Positions 36,303-47,657 of a DNA stretch of 64,000 nucleotides are shown here, one piece after another; positions within the stretch are counted from its first letter, which is position 1; the number at the start of each line of letters is the position of its first letter. The translations under genes and the position numbers were made by a program. Origin of the DNA: Microthyrium microscopicum (Eukaryota). Where the stretch lies: NCBI GenBank assembly GCA_010405405.1, contig MU004236.1:1370070-1434069 (forward strand). Direction: 5' to 3'. A model generated the notes under the pieces. The model was not told the DNA's origin, searched no databases, and saw only the letters and a list, made by a program, of their open reading frames with translations.

Positions 36303-39300
36303 ATGTCCAAGCTAAAAGTTGGGCAGCGGGTCCGAATTCCCAACGGAAGCGAGGCCTACATCCGATTCATAGGAGAGACCGATTTCAAAGAGGGAGAATG
36401 GGTGGGCTTGGAATTGGATGAAGCCATTGGCAAAAACAATGGCACGGTTAACGGCCGAGTCTACTTCCAATGCGAAGAGAACTTTGGCATGTTCATGCGC
36501 CCGCTGCCGACAATAGAGGTTCTTAAGCAGCCGGTACCCGTCGCAAAGCCGCCAAGTCGTGCTCCTCCTCCCCCAAGGGTATCAACCGCCGCTCCAGCTT
36601 CGATATCGCGTACACGTCCCAGTCTTGCTGCTCCCTCCTCGAAACGAAGCTCGATAGCTCCTTCGGCATCGTCTGCGGCGGCCAAGCGACTCTCGACAAC
36701 AGCTGCTGCAATACCAGCATCTCGGACCTCGAGGTTATCTGTGGCAAACCGAAGTATAAGCCCAAAGAAGCCCACGACATCAGCAACGTCGAGTCGTACA
36801 TCTTTAGCACCCCGTTCAGCTGGCATACGGTCACCGGGGCAAAACTCGTCTAGATCCAGCCCTGGTATGGATAGACTCCTTAGTCCAGGAAGCTCTTCAG
36901 GCGACAGACCACCATTAAGTGCTCGCTCTGCCCCTATGGGTCCTCCAGCACCCAAGGCCAATGCGAAACAGACGAAAGATATCGAAGAATTGCAAACGAA
37001 AGTGCAATTCTTGGAGAAGAAGCGATTGGAAGATCGAGAAAAGCTGAGCAAAGTACCTGAACTGGAGACGAAACAAGCGCACTACGAGAAAGTGTTACCA
37101 ATACTCGAAACCAAATGTCAAAACTTGCACCAACAAAATAGCAAACTCATGAAAGAGGCCAAAGAACTGGTTGATCGTGTCGATGAATTGGAAGGTATCC
37201 AAGCCGAACACGAATCAATTCTGGAACTGGCAACGCTAGATCGAGAAATGGCTGAGGAAAAGGCAGAGTCCTACAAAGCCGAGCTGGATGCAACAAAGGC
37301 ACGAATGGAAGAGGCGGAACTGGAAAATGAGATATTACGAGACGAAAATGAAGAACTCGGAAAGGACATGAGCCCTGAAGAACGCACAAGTCAGGGATGG
37401 CTTCAACTGCAGCGAGAAAATGAAAGACTACGGCAAGCTCTGCTTAGACTTCGAGATTTGTCTCAAGAACAAGAAGAGCAGTTGCGAGAGGATATCAAAG
37501 AACTGCAGGAAGATAGCCAAGAACTCGCGGACACCAAGGACAAACATGAAGCAAGCCATGCAAAAGTTCTGGAATTGGAAGCTGATAATGAGGATTTGCG
37601 AGAGCAACTTGATGCGGCTCTCGGCGCTGAAACCATGATCGAGCAATTAACGGAGAAAAACCTCACGCAATCCGAGCAATTGGACGAGCTTCGAAAGACC
37701 GTTGAGCATCTTCAAGATCTTCAAGAGCTTAATGATGAGCTGGAAGAGAATCACACCGAGCACGAGCGACAACTTCAAGAAGTCATTAGCCTCAAGGAAA
37801 CCCAATTAAACGAATCTACTCGTCGGGTCGCCCAGCAAGACGAATCGTTAATGGACCGGGAATATACTATACTAAGATTTCGAGAGCTTGTGTCTGCGCT
37901 ACAGTCAGATCTGGACGATATGCGATCATCTAAGGAAATATCGGAACAAGAAGCTCAAAATTTGGAACATTCGAGCCGTGCCATCATGGACATGAATCGT
38001 CAATTGCAAGCATCCGCGACTAGTGCTACGGTGAAAGCAATTGACATTGAGATTCAAAAGCTTGAAGCTGCACAGGCGTCTGATCAGCTGTCTATTGTAC
38101 AGCTATTTGTCCCAGAAGCCTTCAACACTGAAAAGGATAGTATTCTGGCTTATCTTCGTTTCAAGCGTGTTAGCTTCAAGGCTCGCTTACTTCATGGCTT
38201 TGTCAAGCAGCGAGTCGGGGAGTCAGGTACCAGCGCGACCGGTGTCAACATATACGCGGCTTGCGATGTGCTTGATAAACTAACCTGGCTAAGTGCGATC
38301 GCTAATCGTTTCGTTGCCAGCATTGAGGTTAGCTCGCTTGACCAATTTCCCCGGTTTGAGAGCACACTTCACGAGGTTGAACCTGTTGAGAGAAGTCTCA
38401 ATAGCTACCTTGAAAGCCTCAAGAAGGATAATCTACAAGAACTCCAGGTTGCAGAAGGTCTCCAACGGTATGTCTATATTCCCCCTGCTCCCTCAAACCC
38501 CGCTAACCAAATCTTTAGTTCGATCGCTGTTATGAAGCATCTGAGCGAAATCCATCTTGGCGACGGACTGGAATCATTTGCTGAAGAAGTACTGATGCAG
38601 GCCCTTCTGATGCAAAGCCACTTGGAGAATACTGCAGTCGTCCTCGCCACGGCTCGAGCGGATGTTTACCGTACTGCGCCCCCGCCTACTGACTCTGATG
38701 ATGAGAACACCATCCTCTTTGAAAAGAACTCCGATTTGGCCTTGTCAGCTCTACGGAGCGCAAAGGTCATTGCAGGCAAGTTACATCATGTACTGCGCGA
38801 CATGAAAGCACGCAACTTGGCATTAAATCCAGACACAATTACCAAATTTGAAAAATGCAACGATCTCTCCTCAGTACTCTTTTCCTATTACCAGGCTCTC
38901 GGCAAAAATGTTGTTGATCTACTCCACCATGAAGATCATACAACGGATGTCGACTTCGGATCAGTTTTGATGTTGATGCGCCGAACCAGCTCCCAGCATT
39001 TCCATATTGACAATGCGGACATCTTCTCTCCTTCGCTTTCCAAGTTACGCTCTTTGGCTGAGACATTAACCGACTTGAACCACATGGCTTCAGATTTAAG
39101 TCAGCTTACAGAGTTCGAGAAACCATCACCCCCCTGGATACTGCGGTCCAAAGAACTCCAAGATCGCAAAGCAATTTCGATTGTGGCGGAGGAAGAGATC
39201 AAGGTTCTCAAGCGCGAGATTCAAGAGCGCGCAACTGTTCTCAAGATGCGTCAACAGCAGCTCGAAGAAGCCAAGATGAAGATTGAACTTCTCGACGTGC

Positions 39301-39914
39301 GGAATAAGGAGGCCAACAAGAAACTCGAACGTATCGTTGAACTGGAAGCAATGGTTGACAAGTCGACTGAACGGGAAAAGAGCCTCGAGAAAGCTATTGA
39401 AATCCAAACTCAGGCTGCTCAGCGATATGAAGAGGAGCGTGACCGCTGGATGCGCAAGGCAGCTGAAGTCAAGACATTCAGTAAGGGCAACGAAGACAAC
39501 AAAAGAGGCATGGAGATGGTTGGCAGTGCTCTTGAGATGGACTCGCTCAAGTCCGAGGTTAAGCTACTACAGGATACAAATCAGTATCTACGACAACAAT
39601 TCAGTCGCAAACGAATTGAAGAAGAAACCAAGAACAATGGCTGGCTCTCACAGCCTCTCTGTCGGCCCAAGAAGGTTGATCCTGAAGCAGTCAAACTACG
39701 TTCTGTTCTCAAGAACATTGCATTACTTCCAACAAACGCGAAACCACTACGTCTAGCAGACTTGGGCTCGAAAACAAAGAGTTCAGCCATGACGCGAAAA
39801 CGTACGCCGAAAGCACTGTTGGTGGAAGAGGAAGGTAAATGGCTGTCTGCGTGGCAACCTATGGCCGACTGGAAAGGACCGAGGATTGCAGGTCTTGATG
39901 TGCAGGTTTTGTGA
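36303..39914 (+). CDS. ro-3: Dynactin p150Glued subunit (Ro-3/NudM/Nip100 ortholog)
   Basis: N-terminal CAP-Gly domain (GEWVGLELDEAIGKNNGTVNGRVYFQC), basic Ser/Pro linker, coiled coil with LELATLDREMAEEKAE and ALGAETMIEQLTEKNL, and the dynactin domain. In-frame intron at 38468-38518. Confidence 0.95.
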   Translation: MSKLKVGQRVRIPNGSEAYIRFIGETDFKEGEWVGLELDEAIGKNNGTVNGRVYFQCEENFGMFMRPLPTIEVLKQPVPVAKPPSRAPPPPRVSTAAPASISRTRPSLAAPSSKRSSIAPSASSAAAKRLSTTAAAIPASRTSRLSVANRSISPKKPTTSATSSRTSLAPRSAGIRSPGQNSSRSSPGMDRLLSPGSSSGDRPPLSARSAPMGPPAPKANAKQTKDIEELQTKVQFLEKKRLEDREKLSKVPELETKQAHYEKVLPILETKCQNLHQQNSKLMKEAKELVDRVDELEGIQAEHESILELATLDREMAEEKAESYKAELDATKARMEEAELENEILRDENEELGKDMSPEERTSQGWLQLQRENERLRQALLRLRDLSQEQEEQLREDIKELQEDSQELADTKDKHEASHAKVLELEADNEDLREQLDAALGAETMIEQLTEKNLTQSEQLDELRKTVEHLQDLQELNDELEENHTEHERQLQEVISLKETQLNESTRRVAQQDESLMDREYTILRFRELVSALQSDLDDMRSSKEISEQEAQNLEHSSRAIMDMNRQLQASATSATVKAIDIEIQKLEAAQASDQLSIVQLFVPEAFNTEKDSILAYLRFKRVSFKARLLHGFVKQRVGESGTSATGVNIYAACDVLDKLTWLSAIANRFVASIEVSSLDQFPRFESTLHEVEPVERSLNSYLESLKKDNLQELQVAEGLQRYVYIPPAPSNPANQIFSSIAVMKHLSEIHLGDGLESFAEEVLMQALLMQSHLENTAVVLATARADVYRTAPPPTDSDDENTILFEKNSDLALSALRSAKVIAGKLHHVLRDMKARNLALNPDTITKFEKCNDLSSVLFSYYQALGKNVVDLLHHEDHTTDVDFGSVLMLMRRTSSQHFHIDNADIFSPSLSKLRSLAETLTDLNHMASDLSQLTEFEKPSPPWILRSKELQDRKAISIVAEEEIKVLKREIQERATVLKMRQQQLEEAKMKIELLDVRNKEANKKLERIVELEAMVDKSTEREKSLEKAIEIQTQAAQRYEEERDRWMRKAAEVKTFSKGNEDNKRGMEMVGSALEMDSLKSEVKLLQDTNQYLRQQFSRKRIEEETKNNGWLSQPLCRPKKVDPEAVKLRSVLKNIALLPTNAKPLRLADLGSKTKSSAMTRKRTPKALLVEEEGKWLSAWQPMADWKGPRIAGLDVQVL

Positions 39915-41195
39915 TTTAAACTTGATACCCACGAAGCAGGTCTGATTCTAACGTAATACTTGCATAGCGAACGAAAGCTTTTACTGATCTAACATTTCAG
40001 CTCCATTTCTGCCTATTCTAAGACTGCTCGACCTTGAACGAGTGGGGTTCGTCCTGTAATGTACTCTTTTGAAACGGCGAGCCTGCTACAGAGCATTTGA
40101 AACTTCCTGCTCTGTTATCCCAACCCACATCGCCTAGATTAGCAATACCCGGATATCTGATGAGCCCATAGCCTTCCCCATCGCAGTGGTCGCCGCTACA
40201 ATACTAAGCTTGAGGGTAGTATGAAGATGGGGTCAAACTCACCTGTACAGATAGCAGGCAACAGACGGGTCAGGTCCAAACGAGCTAATTTGCTTATACC
40301 TATCCGCACAGATTAGCCTATGAAAATACCCGAGTAAGTTTGCTCAAGCACACCAGGGATCTGGAAGAGTTCGACACCACCCAGAAAAAGCGAACATCGG
40401 CCAGGTTTGGCAGAGACCTGTAAAGTTTGGGTCTAAGCACACGTATACCTAGCGTTCATTAGTTGGTGGTATTTTAGAGGTGAGGTTGAGACATACTCCA
40501 TTGTCGAGTGGTGCCTCTTGTGCTGGTGCAGCGCTCGACAAAGCGAATGATAAAAGAACGGATAGGGCCTGCTGTAGCTTCATGATTGATGATAAATAGG
40601 CTTGGCAAAGACAGAGAGGTCATTGGCAATTTGCATGACTACTTATGCTTAAATGATGCGATAAGACCTGGGAATGACTAGATGTCTGATCAGGGGTCGT
40701 CCGCGTATGGTCACTGGTAGTCGGGTGTAACCGAGACATTTCCTAATTGGGTAATGCGGATAGATTCAATGGTGTTGAGGCTAGTGACGGATGGCGAGAA
40801 TGTATGGCGCGCTATCTCTAACCACTACTGCTACCGTCGCATCGTGGTAAGACTTAATCCAGCCGCCATTGTATTGGATATCTAATAGCATCAGTTCAAC
40901 GCGTCGAAAGAACGACAAAGTACGGGTTTTGATAGACAATTTAAGAGGTGCTTTGGGTGTGGCAAGTGCAAGTTCAAGTGGCGTGCATATCGAGACGTCA
41001 TTCCAAGTTTTCCCCATCCTCTTCGCAGCCTGGCGAGCACTCCACTCGTATCCGGTCCATTCGCGATTCTGTATACGCAAACAATCTCTCCGTGTCTATC
41101 CTTGATTTCGTCCTACCTACCACCCGAACATGACCCATCACTCTCCCCGCACCACTTCGTAACAGCAAACCAATTCTCTTCTCACAACCACCACA

Positions 41196-43336
41196 ATGCC
41201 TGACTCATCCGCCCTCACACCCCAACGCGCGCACGCGCTCTTTGACCTCCTAGTCCACCAAAAAACCTACTTCGCCGACGTGGTACGCTTCAATCGCCCC
41301 GACGGCATCGTCGGCTACGGCCCGCCCTTTGATCCAGCAACATCCACCACCGCCCCATCATCCGCGCCCGTCCTACAAACCCTCTTATCACGCTTCATTC
41401 TCCCCCTACCTGGCGTGCGCGCCTTCACACCGACCTTTTGGGCCAATGTGCGCAAGTTGCTGGTGGAATGTGCTGGTGCGAACTTGAGTGATTCGTATGA
41501 CCATGCGGGGCTCGGTCTACGGCGCACACTAGCCGCTGGTGCGAGCGCGTTGCTGGAATATCCGGGCCGCGGTGTCTTTGGGAAGATCGCGAACAGGGAG
41601 GGGAAGGGTGAGGTGAAGGAGTATGATTTGGAGGATCCAGAAGCGTTGAAAGACGCGTGGGAGGAGTTTTTGGCACAGGCGGTGCATGGGGATTTGGTGG
41701 ATAGGGTGTTTGAGAAGGTCGCGGAGACTGATGATCTGGATCAGCATGGGAGTTTGCTGAGGGCGGCGCATGAGTATATTCTGATCCAGTAAGTTCTTGG
41801 GTATACTTTCGGGGCTTGGATAGTGATTAATGGGTGCAGCTTTGCGTCGGTGCTGCATTATATTTATGTGGAGAGTCCGGATGCGCGATATGCGCAGAAG
41901 CTTTCTTCGAATTTGCTTAAGCTCATTCCTTGGATGATGCTGAGGCAGAGTCTGCGCATCGGCAACGCGGCGAGCATGATCAATGCGGTGGTGAAACTTT
42001 TTCTTACGAAGCTTTCCTTTACCTCTTTCACAAATTGGGTGGGACTATCGAACAATCCTGATGATGGAATGAACCTCATGCAGACGTATGAATCCTCTTA
42101 ATCCTGGATGATGCATCGGGCTAACTAGTTCTAGGATAATATCGACTGTTATGGGTTGGGATGTCACAGAGTTCGAGAAAAAGCTCAAGACAATCAAAGA
42201 GTCTGAGGATATGCCTAGTGAGGACTATACCGCAAAGCTCAATGAATATGTAGGGTTTGACTACTACGTGCAGGAATCTTACAGACAAAAAAGCCGTAAG
42301 TACAGCGGTTCCAATACTAACAAATAGCGACTAAAGTTTTACAGAGGTGGAAGGGAAGTCCATTGTGACTGTAATATTCGAAGAATCCTCACTGGAACCC
42401 CTCGAAGGAGAATCACATCACGTTGCTGTTGAATATCTTGGCCTACGCTCCAAGCTACGTGACCGCGAAGTCTTGTCGAAAATCATCTGCAAGAGCAGCC
42501 CGGACATTCTCACTCAAACCATTCGCGAAGGTGTCGCCGCCTACGATCCTATATTCCGCGCTGTTCACAATGCGGTAGACCTTAGCTCTACATGTCTAGA
42601 CTTGGAAAGCTTCCTTCGGGATTTCATGAAACTCTTTGAAGCGGCACCACCCTCCAGCAATGGAACATCCACGCCAACGCCTAAAGCAACTCAAGACACA
42701 AATCTCAAAAAGAACGACGTTGGAGTAGAGCAGTTTGCCGCTGTTCTTCGCAAGCATCAACATTCTCTGCACAAATTCTTACATCAAATGGCCAAGAACG
42801 GTGGTTCCGTGACCGAAGACTACCGTACATACGCCAAGGAAGCTGCTGCACAATTAAAGTCCTCACGAAAGGAAGATACCCAACCATCTGCTGGCGACAT
42901 GACTTTAGACTTGGAAAAACTAGTCGCCGCTCTCCCCGCCGATAAGCAAAAACAAGTCCTAGAAGCAGTGGACATGTACGCCGGCTACCTAATGGCCCTC
43001 ACCAGCGTAACCGAAGACCGAGTCCGTGGCGTAGTCCAAGGCAACGCACCTCGTGCTGGACCCGGTGTCTTCCTTGCCCGATGGCAAAACCTTCTTGGCG
43101 CTACAGCTACGACTCCCACCAAGCCGAGCGGCCCAGTACGATACGGCAGCTCGAGATCTGTGCCAGAGTATGACGAGAAAGAGACAGAGCATGATGATGA
43201 TCAATGGGATAAATGGCCAAAAGCACCAGATGTCAAGATCGTTATTGATACTCTTGGCAAGGACTTTTGGAAGGTCTTGGCTGAGCAGGGAAAAGAGTAT
43301 TGGGTAGCAGAGGAAGTTCAGACAGATGTTGATTAG
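41196..43336 (+). CDS. PX-associated (PXB) / DUF3818-like domain protein
   Basis: N-terminal LTPQRAHALFDLLVH, then LSDSYD..GLG.RRTLA and LIPWMMLRQSLRIGNAASMINAVVKLFL. Introns 41789-41839, 42086-42134 and 42296-42344 splice in frame. Confidence 0.75.
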
Positions 43337-43668
43337 ATGGTAAAGGGAAAGCAACGATTCATGATTAATGTGTTACTGTTACTTACTGACGAGGGGAGGG
43401 TACGGGCCTGGTTGCATAGCGATATTATGGGGATTGATGGGCACAAACGACACGATACACAGGCTTCGGGGGTTTGCTTCAACTGAATATTAGACTTTGG
43501 ACTCTTCTCTTCAACAATGTTCCTGTATATTGTATATCATATTCGGCTTTTAGATACCGCAACTTTCACGCACAATTTGGCACACCTTTCGACCCACATC
43601 CCCAAACAACCCACTTCAACGACGATGCCATCCATCCATCACTCCATCCATCCTCCCTCCTGCCCCAT

Positions 43669-44010
43669 CTAAAGCTGTTTCAACCCAAAAGCCTTGCCAG
43701 TAAAAACATGACAGTTCGCATTATTTGTCAACGGCACATCCTCAAACTTTACATCTCCCGTTCCACCACACTGGCTGCTGATCAGCTGGAGATTGATGTT
43801 GCGGCCAAATAATCCCTGGCCGACGTTCAAGGTTTTGGCGGAGTGGTAGGTTTGGCCGCCAGTGACGGTGTGGCAGACTTCGGTGTTGCCTAGGTTGGCG
43901 CTTTCGATTAGGTTTTGACAGTTGGAGTCGCTGTAGACGTGGATAGTCGCTGTGTCGGCTGCGACGAGAGCGATGAGGGAAAGGGAGAGGGTGGTGAGTT
44001 GGAGCTTCAT
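43669..44010 (-). CDS. Small secreted cysteine-containing protein (113 aa, 4 Cys), candidate effector
   Basis: Signal peptide MKLQLTTLSLSLIALVAA, YSDSNC motif, Kozak-like CACCATG and upstream TATA box. Confidence 0.85.
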   Translation of the reverse strand: MKLQLTTLSLSLIALVAADTATIHVYSDSNCQNLIESANLGNTEVCHTVTGGQTYHSAKTLNVGQGLFGRNINLQLISSQCGGTGDVKFEDVPLTNNANCHVFTGKAFGLKQL

Positions 44011-44128
44011 GGTGGTGAAAGGAGTTGGTGGGAGTTCAAGTGGTAGTTTTGAAAGTTTGGAATGTTGTTAATGATTTGGAATGGCGATTGGGCTGTGATG
44101 AGATTTGTTGTGATGAACTTTGATCTGC

Positions 44129-44135
44129 TTTTATA
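44129..44135 (-). promoter_or_regulatory. TATA box (TATAAAA) of the small secreted protein gene
   Basis: TATAAAA on the minus strand ~120 bp upstream of the ATG at 44010. Confidence 0.55.
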
Positions 44136-44412
44136 CGATATGTTATGTTCAGCTGGTCTTACTTGTTTGAATGTCATGTTCCACAAACATTATGATTACT
44201 ATTCATCTCATCTTCCCGCATTCTCCCCTCAGTCAGATTCAATCCTTCATCCGGTGCGTCTTACGACGATAGACCAATTTTGAGGCCAGAGGAAACTGAG
44301 AGAGAGATATTTTGATATTTGTACGACTACCAGGAGATAAATCATTACGTACATTTCACCAGAATTTGACCAGGACTTGCCAATTTCATAAGATCCACCT
44401 GTCAAGTATCCT

Positions 44413-44640
44413 CACCACCGTAAATCAAGAGCCGGGCTTATGTGCCAAAAAAAATAAGCTGATGGTTACAGCAACTCAAGAGAACCACTGCGATGCCTGC
44501 ATTGGTGGTTGTATGGAATGGCGCTAGTGGTCAGATTGACCAATCCCAGTGAGGATCAAAAGCGATTACTTTACTAGTACCACACTGTAAAAGGGGTATT
44601 TTGGTCTTGCGCCAAAAATAAGCGGTATGGTCACTGCAAT
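44413..44640. repeat. Degenerate direct repeat, period ~167 bp
   Basis: gccaaaaaaaataagctgatggttacagcaa (44444-44474) versus gccaaaaataagcggtatggtcactgcaa (44611-44639). Both are preceded by a cac..c.gtaaa element. Confidence 0.6.
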
Positions 44641-45039
44641 TGAGCAACACAATGAGCAATGACAAATCGTTACCTGAGTAGTGCTACGGCAATGATCCAT
44701 CACGAGGCTACAGGCAATAATCAAGATAGTTTGATTCTCTATGGATTTCGTTCACACAATGGATCGCTTTTGCAGCTTATGCTCTAGAGATGCAGATTTG
44801 ATAAATATACAACAGTGATCAGTTCCATACTGTTCTCCCCGTTTATTGCACAACAGTATGCCTGAATTGTGGAACCATCAGATTTCTTCGTCTGTTTCTT
44901 GCTCTTTTCGAGTCTTTCGTTTTTTTGGTGGGCTGGAGTGATTATAAGGCTGAAATCGTGCCTCTTTACGAGCGAACCATTTACGACCAGAAGCGGGACG
45001 GAATGCCAAGTTTCCAAATGTCGGCTGCTCGACTGCAGA

Positions 45040-45924
45040 CTAGATCTTGCGAGGTGTTTGAGTTGCCAAGTTGGTTGGTGGTATGTTCTCTTTGTTGCCT
45101 GTACTTGCACGGCTGAAATCTATAGACGGGGAAACGGAGAAGCCTGCCATATCTACAGCTACTGGCTCGACAGAAGGGTAAAGAGATAAGTTCGCAAGAT
45201 CTGCTGCAGTGACATCTAGCGTTTCTTCTTCCATAGATGTATTGGAAACAGAAGGAAGTGCAGTATTGGCACTGAATTGGCCTCTACTAGTATAATTCAG
45301 AGATCGCTGGGCCTTCAGGTTCTCCACTTTCTCGAGTAGATCTTGGTGTGGCAGACAAATGAGCTTCAGGGAATATTTATAAGCGTTCCGATCCTTCAGA
45401 TGCTTGACTTCAATAGATTGGACGAGCCCATGATACAGCTTATTTTGCACATAATTCACAATTTGAGCGACATGAGATCCATGATATTCCAAGATCTCGC
45501 TCATCACTGCTCTATTGATTGCGAAATCATCATGTTCAAATTCTGGAGTAACCACGATCTCGAACCCTATGATCTGACGAATGCCCATGTGCATTGGTGC
45601 GTAGTCTACGTACCACTGCAAGCTCTTTGGACCATGAGGCAGGTTTGAATATACCTCGACCACAGTCTCAAAGTTGTGAAGTCCCCAGGTCCGGACTCTC
45701 GCAGGCGGGGGTATCTGGTGCTGCATGATAGTCCGAGTTTGAGGCTCTACGACTCTCTCGGTCAGATCAACAATCCATGCGCCGCGCAGATGCAAGAAGT
45801 CGAAGCCCTGGCCTGTTGCTTTTGCACTTGTTGGTCGGAGTTTATCGCGATTGATCATGTCTTTGATACTCAGGACACCACTTTGCTGGACAACTGCTGC
45901 CTTTTTCGTTGATGTGGAGAACAT
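45040..45924 (-). CDS. Uncharacterised tandem-family protein, paralog A (294 aa, intronless)
   Basis: Uninterrupted ORF with ACCATG start. Clear similarity to 46779-47657 (DKL.P, LR.AWIVDLT, M.HQIPP..R.R.W, ETV.E, WYV, IG.E, LY.G..QSI.V, KL.CLP). Confidence 0.85.
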   Translation of the reverse strand: MFSTSTKKAAVVQQSGVLSIKDMINRDKLRPTSAKATGQGFDFLHLRGAWIVDLTERVVEPQTRTIMQHQIPPPARVRTWGLHNFETVVEVYSNLPHGPKSLQWYVDYAPMHMGIRQIIGFEIVVTPEFEHDDFAINRAVMSEILEYHGSHVAQIVNYVQNKLYHGLVQSIEVKHLKDRNAYKYSLKLICLPHQDLLEKVENLKAQRSLNYTSRGQFSANTALPSVSNTSMEEETLDVTAADLANLSLYPSVEPVAVDMAGFSVSPSIDFSRASTGNKENIPPTNLATQTPRKI

Positions 45925-46778
45925 GGTTGTGGAATAACAAGAAATTGATGGTGCTGGTGGAACCGGTTATACAAAGTGTTGCGGAAGTTGAGCTTCGAGA
46001 AACAGAGGTGGATATTGCGGTTAGGAAGAAGTTCAAGTTCCACAATGCTTTGATATCTTAAAAGGATGAAAACCGGAGGCTCCAGATCTTCGGTCACTTT
46101 GGCGTTACTTGGCTGCCTGAAATTTCCTGTCACTACTGATGTGGCTTTATGGCCACCTCTTTGATGGTGAGGTGACTCGAGGTACTCTAGAAGTCTACAA
46201 TCTGATTAAGTTGCCTAATATATCACTTGAGGTGAATACGACAAATCTACACTCAATCGCGATTATTTTTGAAAAAGGAAACTTACTTAAATAAAGAGTT
46301 TCTTGCTTTTGAGGCAATGGAAAAAGAGAGCGACTTTATCAAGGCTCAGCTCTCTGGAGCTTTTGGTGGGTAGTGATATAAGGTGATGGCAATTTCGTAC
46401 TCTTGAAATGAACCGCTGTGTCTTACTCATTTTCAAAAGAGTCATCTGATCTATCATTTAGTAATTCTACAGCATTCCCAGACTTACCTATAAGAGTCTC
46501 TAGATATGTCATACCAATCCTGAGCCAGGCATCCCGCAAAGGCAGCCAACCGGGTGATAACATGAATGGCACTCTTCCAAAAGCGGTAATGGCTGCCAAC
46601 GCACCTTATAACGAGTATAATGACTTCTCCATCTTAATTGATAACTTTAGCGATGAACCATGCACTCGATGGGTAATAAAATGCTCTGTAGGAAAACGTA
46701 GTACGTGGTAGCCGTCGCACTTGATAGGAGCGTAACATCAATTGTGCCATCCTATTGATAGCTCATTGGGCAATATGT

Positions 46779-47657
46779 TTATATCTCCTCATTGTCCTCA
46801 TCAATAGACTTGTTGCTCCGTGACACTGACTTCTTTTTTGTTTTTGGTCGCTGGTATGGCGCAGCTCGTGACTGATTCCGAGGCGATGGTTTGGCGGGAC
46901 GAAAGGTAAGATTTGCGAATGTTGGAAGGTTGAATTCAGGACGCGAGCTAGGTTGTGCCGTCTCCTGAGATACAGTAATTAATCTGTTTGGAGGACTATT
47001 CCCTTTGTCAGCCTTCAGCATTTCCTCGTTAAAATCGGAAAGACTAGTAAGACCGAAACCCTTGAAGTCCTCTTCCGAGAGCTCAGATACCTCACGAGCT
47101 TTAGAACTCGTTGCGGTGCCAGTCACCGAGACCTTGTACCGGCGCTTTGGCAGACATACAAGCTTGACGGTGTATTTGTCAGAGTGATATGCTGCGATGC
47201 GTTCAACCTTGATCGATTGGATGTGGCCGTAGTAGAGACAATTTTCGATGTAGCTCATGAGCCTCGCAAGGATTGTGCCATGATCAGCTACCAATGTTGC
47301 CAATATTCTGGTGTTGATATCAAAGTGAAGATCTGTATACTCGGAGACAATCGTCGCTTCAACACCAATGACAGTTCGAACTGCCATGTACTGATTGACA
47401 TTGTTTACATACCAGATTAACCATCGTGGCGCCTTTGGTATATCTTCACATATCTCAATGACAGTTTCATAGCTATGCTGGCCCGAGAACCACGGCCGGA
47501 ACCGGCTTTGCGGGGGAATCTGATGGTACATCAGCACACGTTGTTGTGGTCCAGCGAACTTGTCAGTTAGGTCCACAATCCATGCATCCCTGAGCATGTG
47601 AGGTTCTGATGCCGTACCTCTCATATAAGGCGGTTGCAGCTTATCTGCGTTGACCAT
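46779..47657 (-). CDS. Uncharacterised tandem-family protein, paralog B (292 aa, intronless)
   Basis: Uninterrupted ORF paralogous to A, with a basic C-terminus RAAPYQRPKTKKK. Confidence 0.85.
   Translation of the reverse strand: MVNADKLQPPYMRGTASEPHMLRDAWIVDLTDKFAGPQQRVLMYHQIPPQSRFRPWFSGQHSYETVIEICEDIPKAPRWLIWYVNNVNQYMAVRTVIGVEATIVSEYTDLHFDINTRILATLVADHGTILARLMSYIENCLYYGHIQSIKVERIAAYHSDKYTVKLVCLPKRRYKVSVTGTATSSKAREVSELSEEDFKGFGLTSLSDFNEEMLKADKGNSPPNRLITVSQETAQPSSRPEFNLPTFANLTFRPAKPSPRNQSRAAPYQRPKTKKKSVSRSNKSIDEDNEEI

Noticed and set aside
40157..40185. CTGATGAG as a hammerhead ribozyme core
   Set aside because: No stem II followed by GAAA and no matching cleavage triplet helix.
40368..40376. 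B-box-like GTTCGANNC (also near 16481) suggesting tRNA or Pol III genes
   Set aside because: No cloverleaf, A-box or oligo-T terminator could be assembled.
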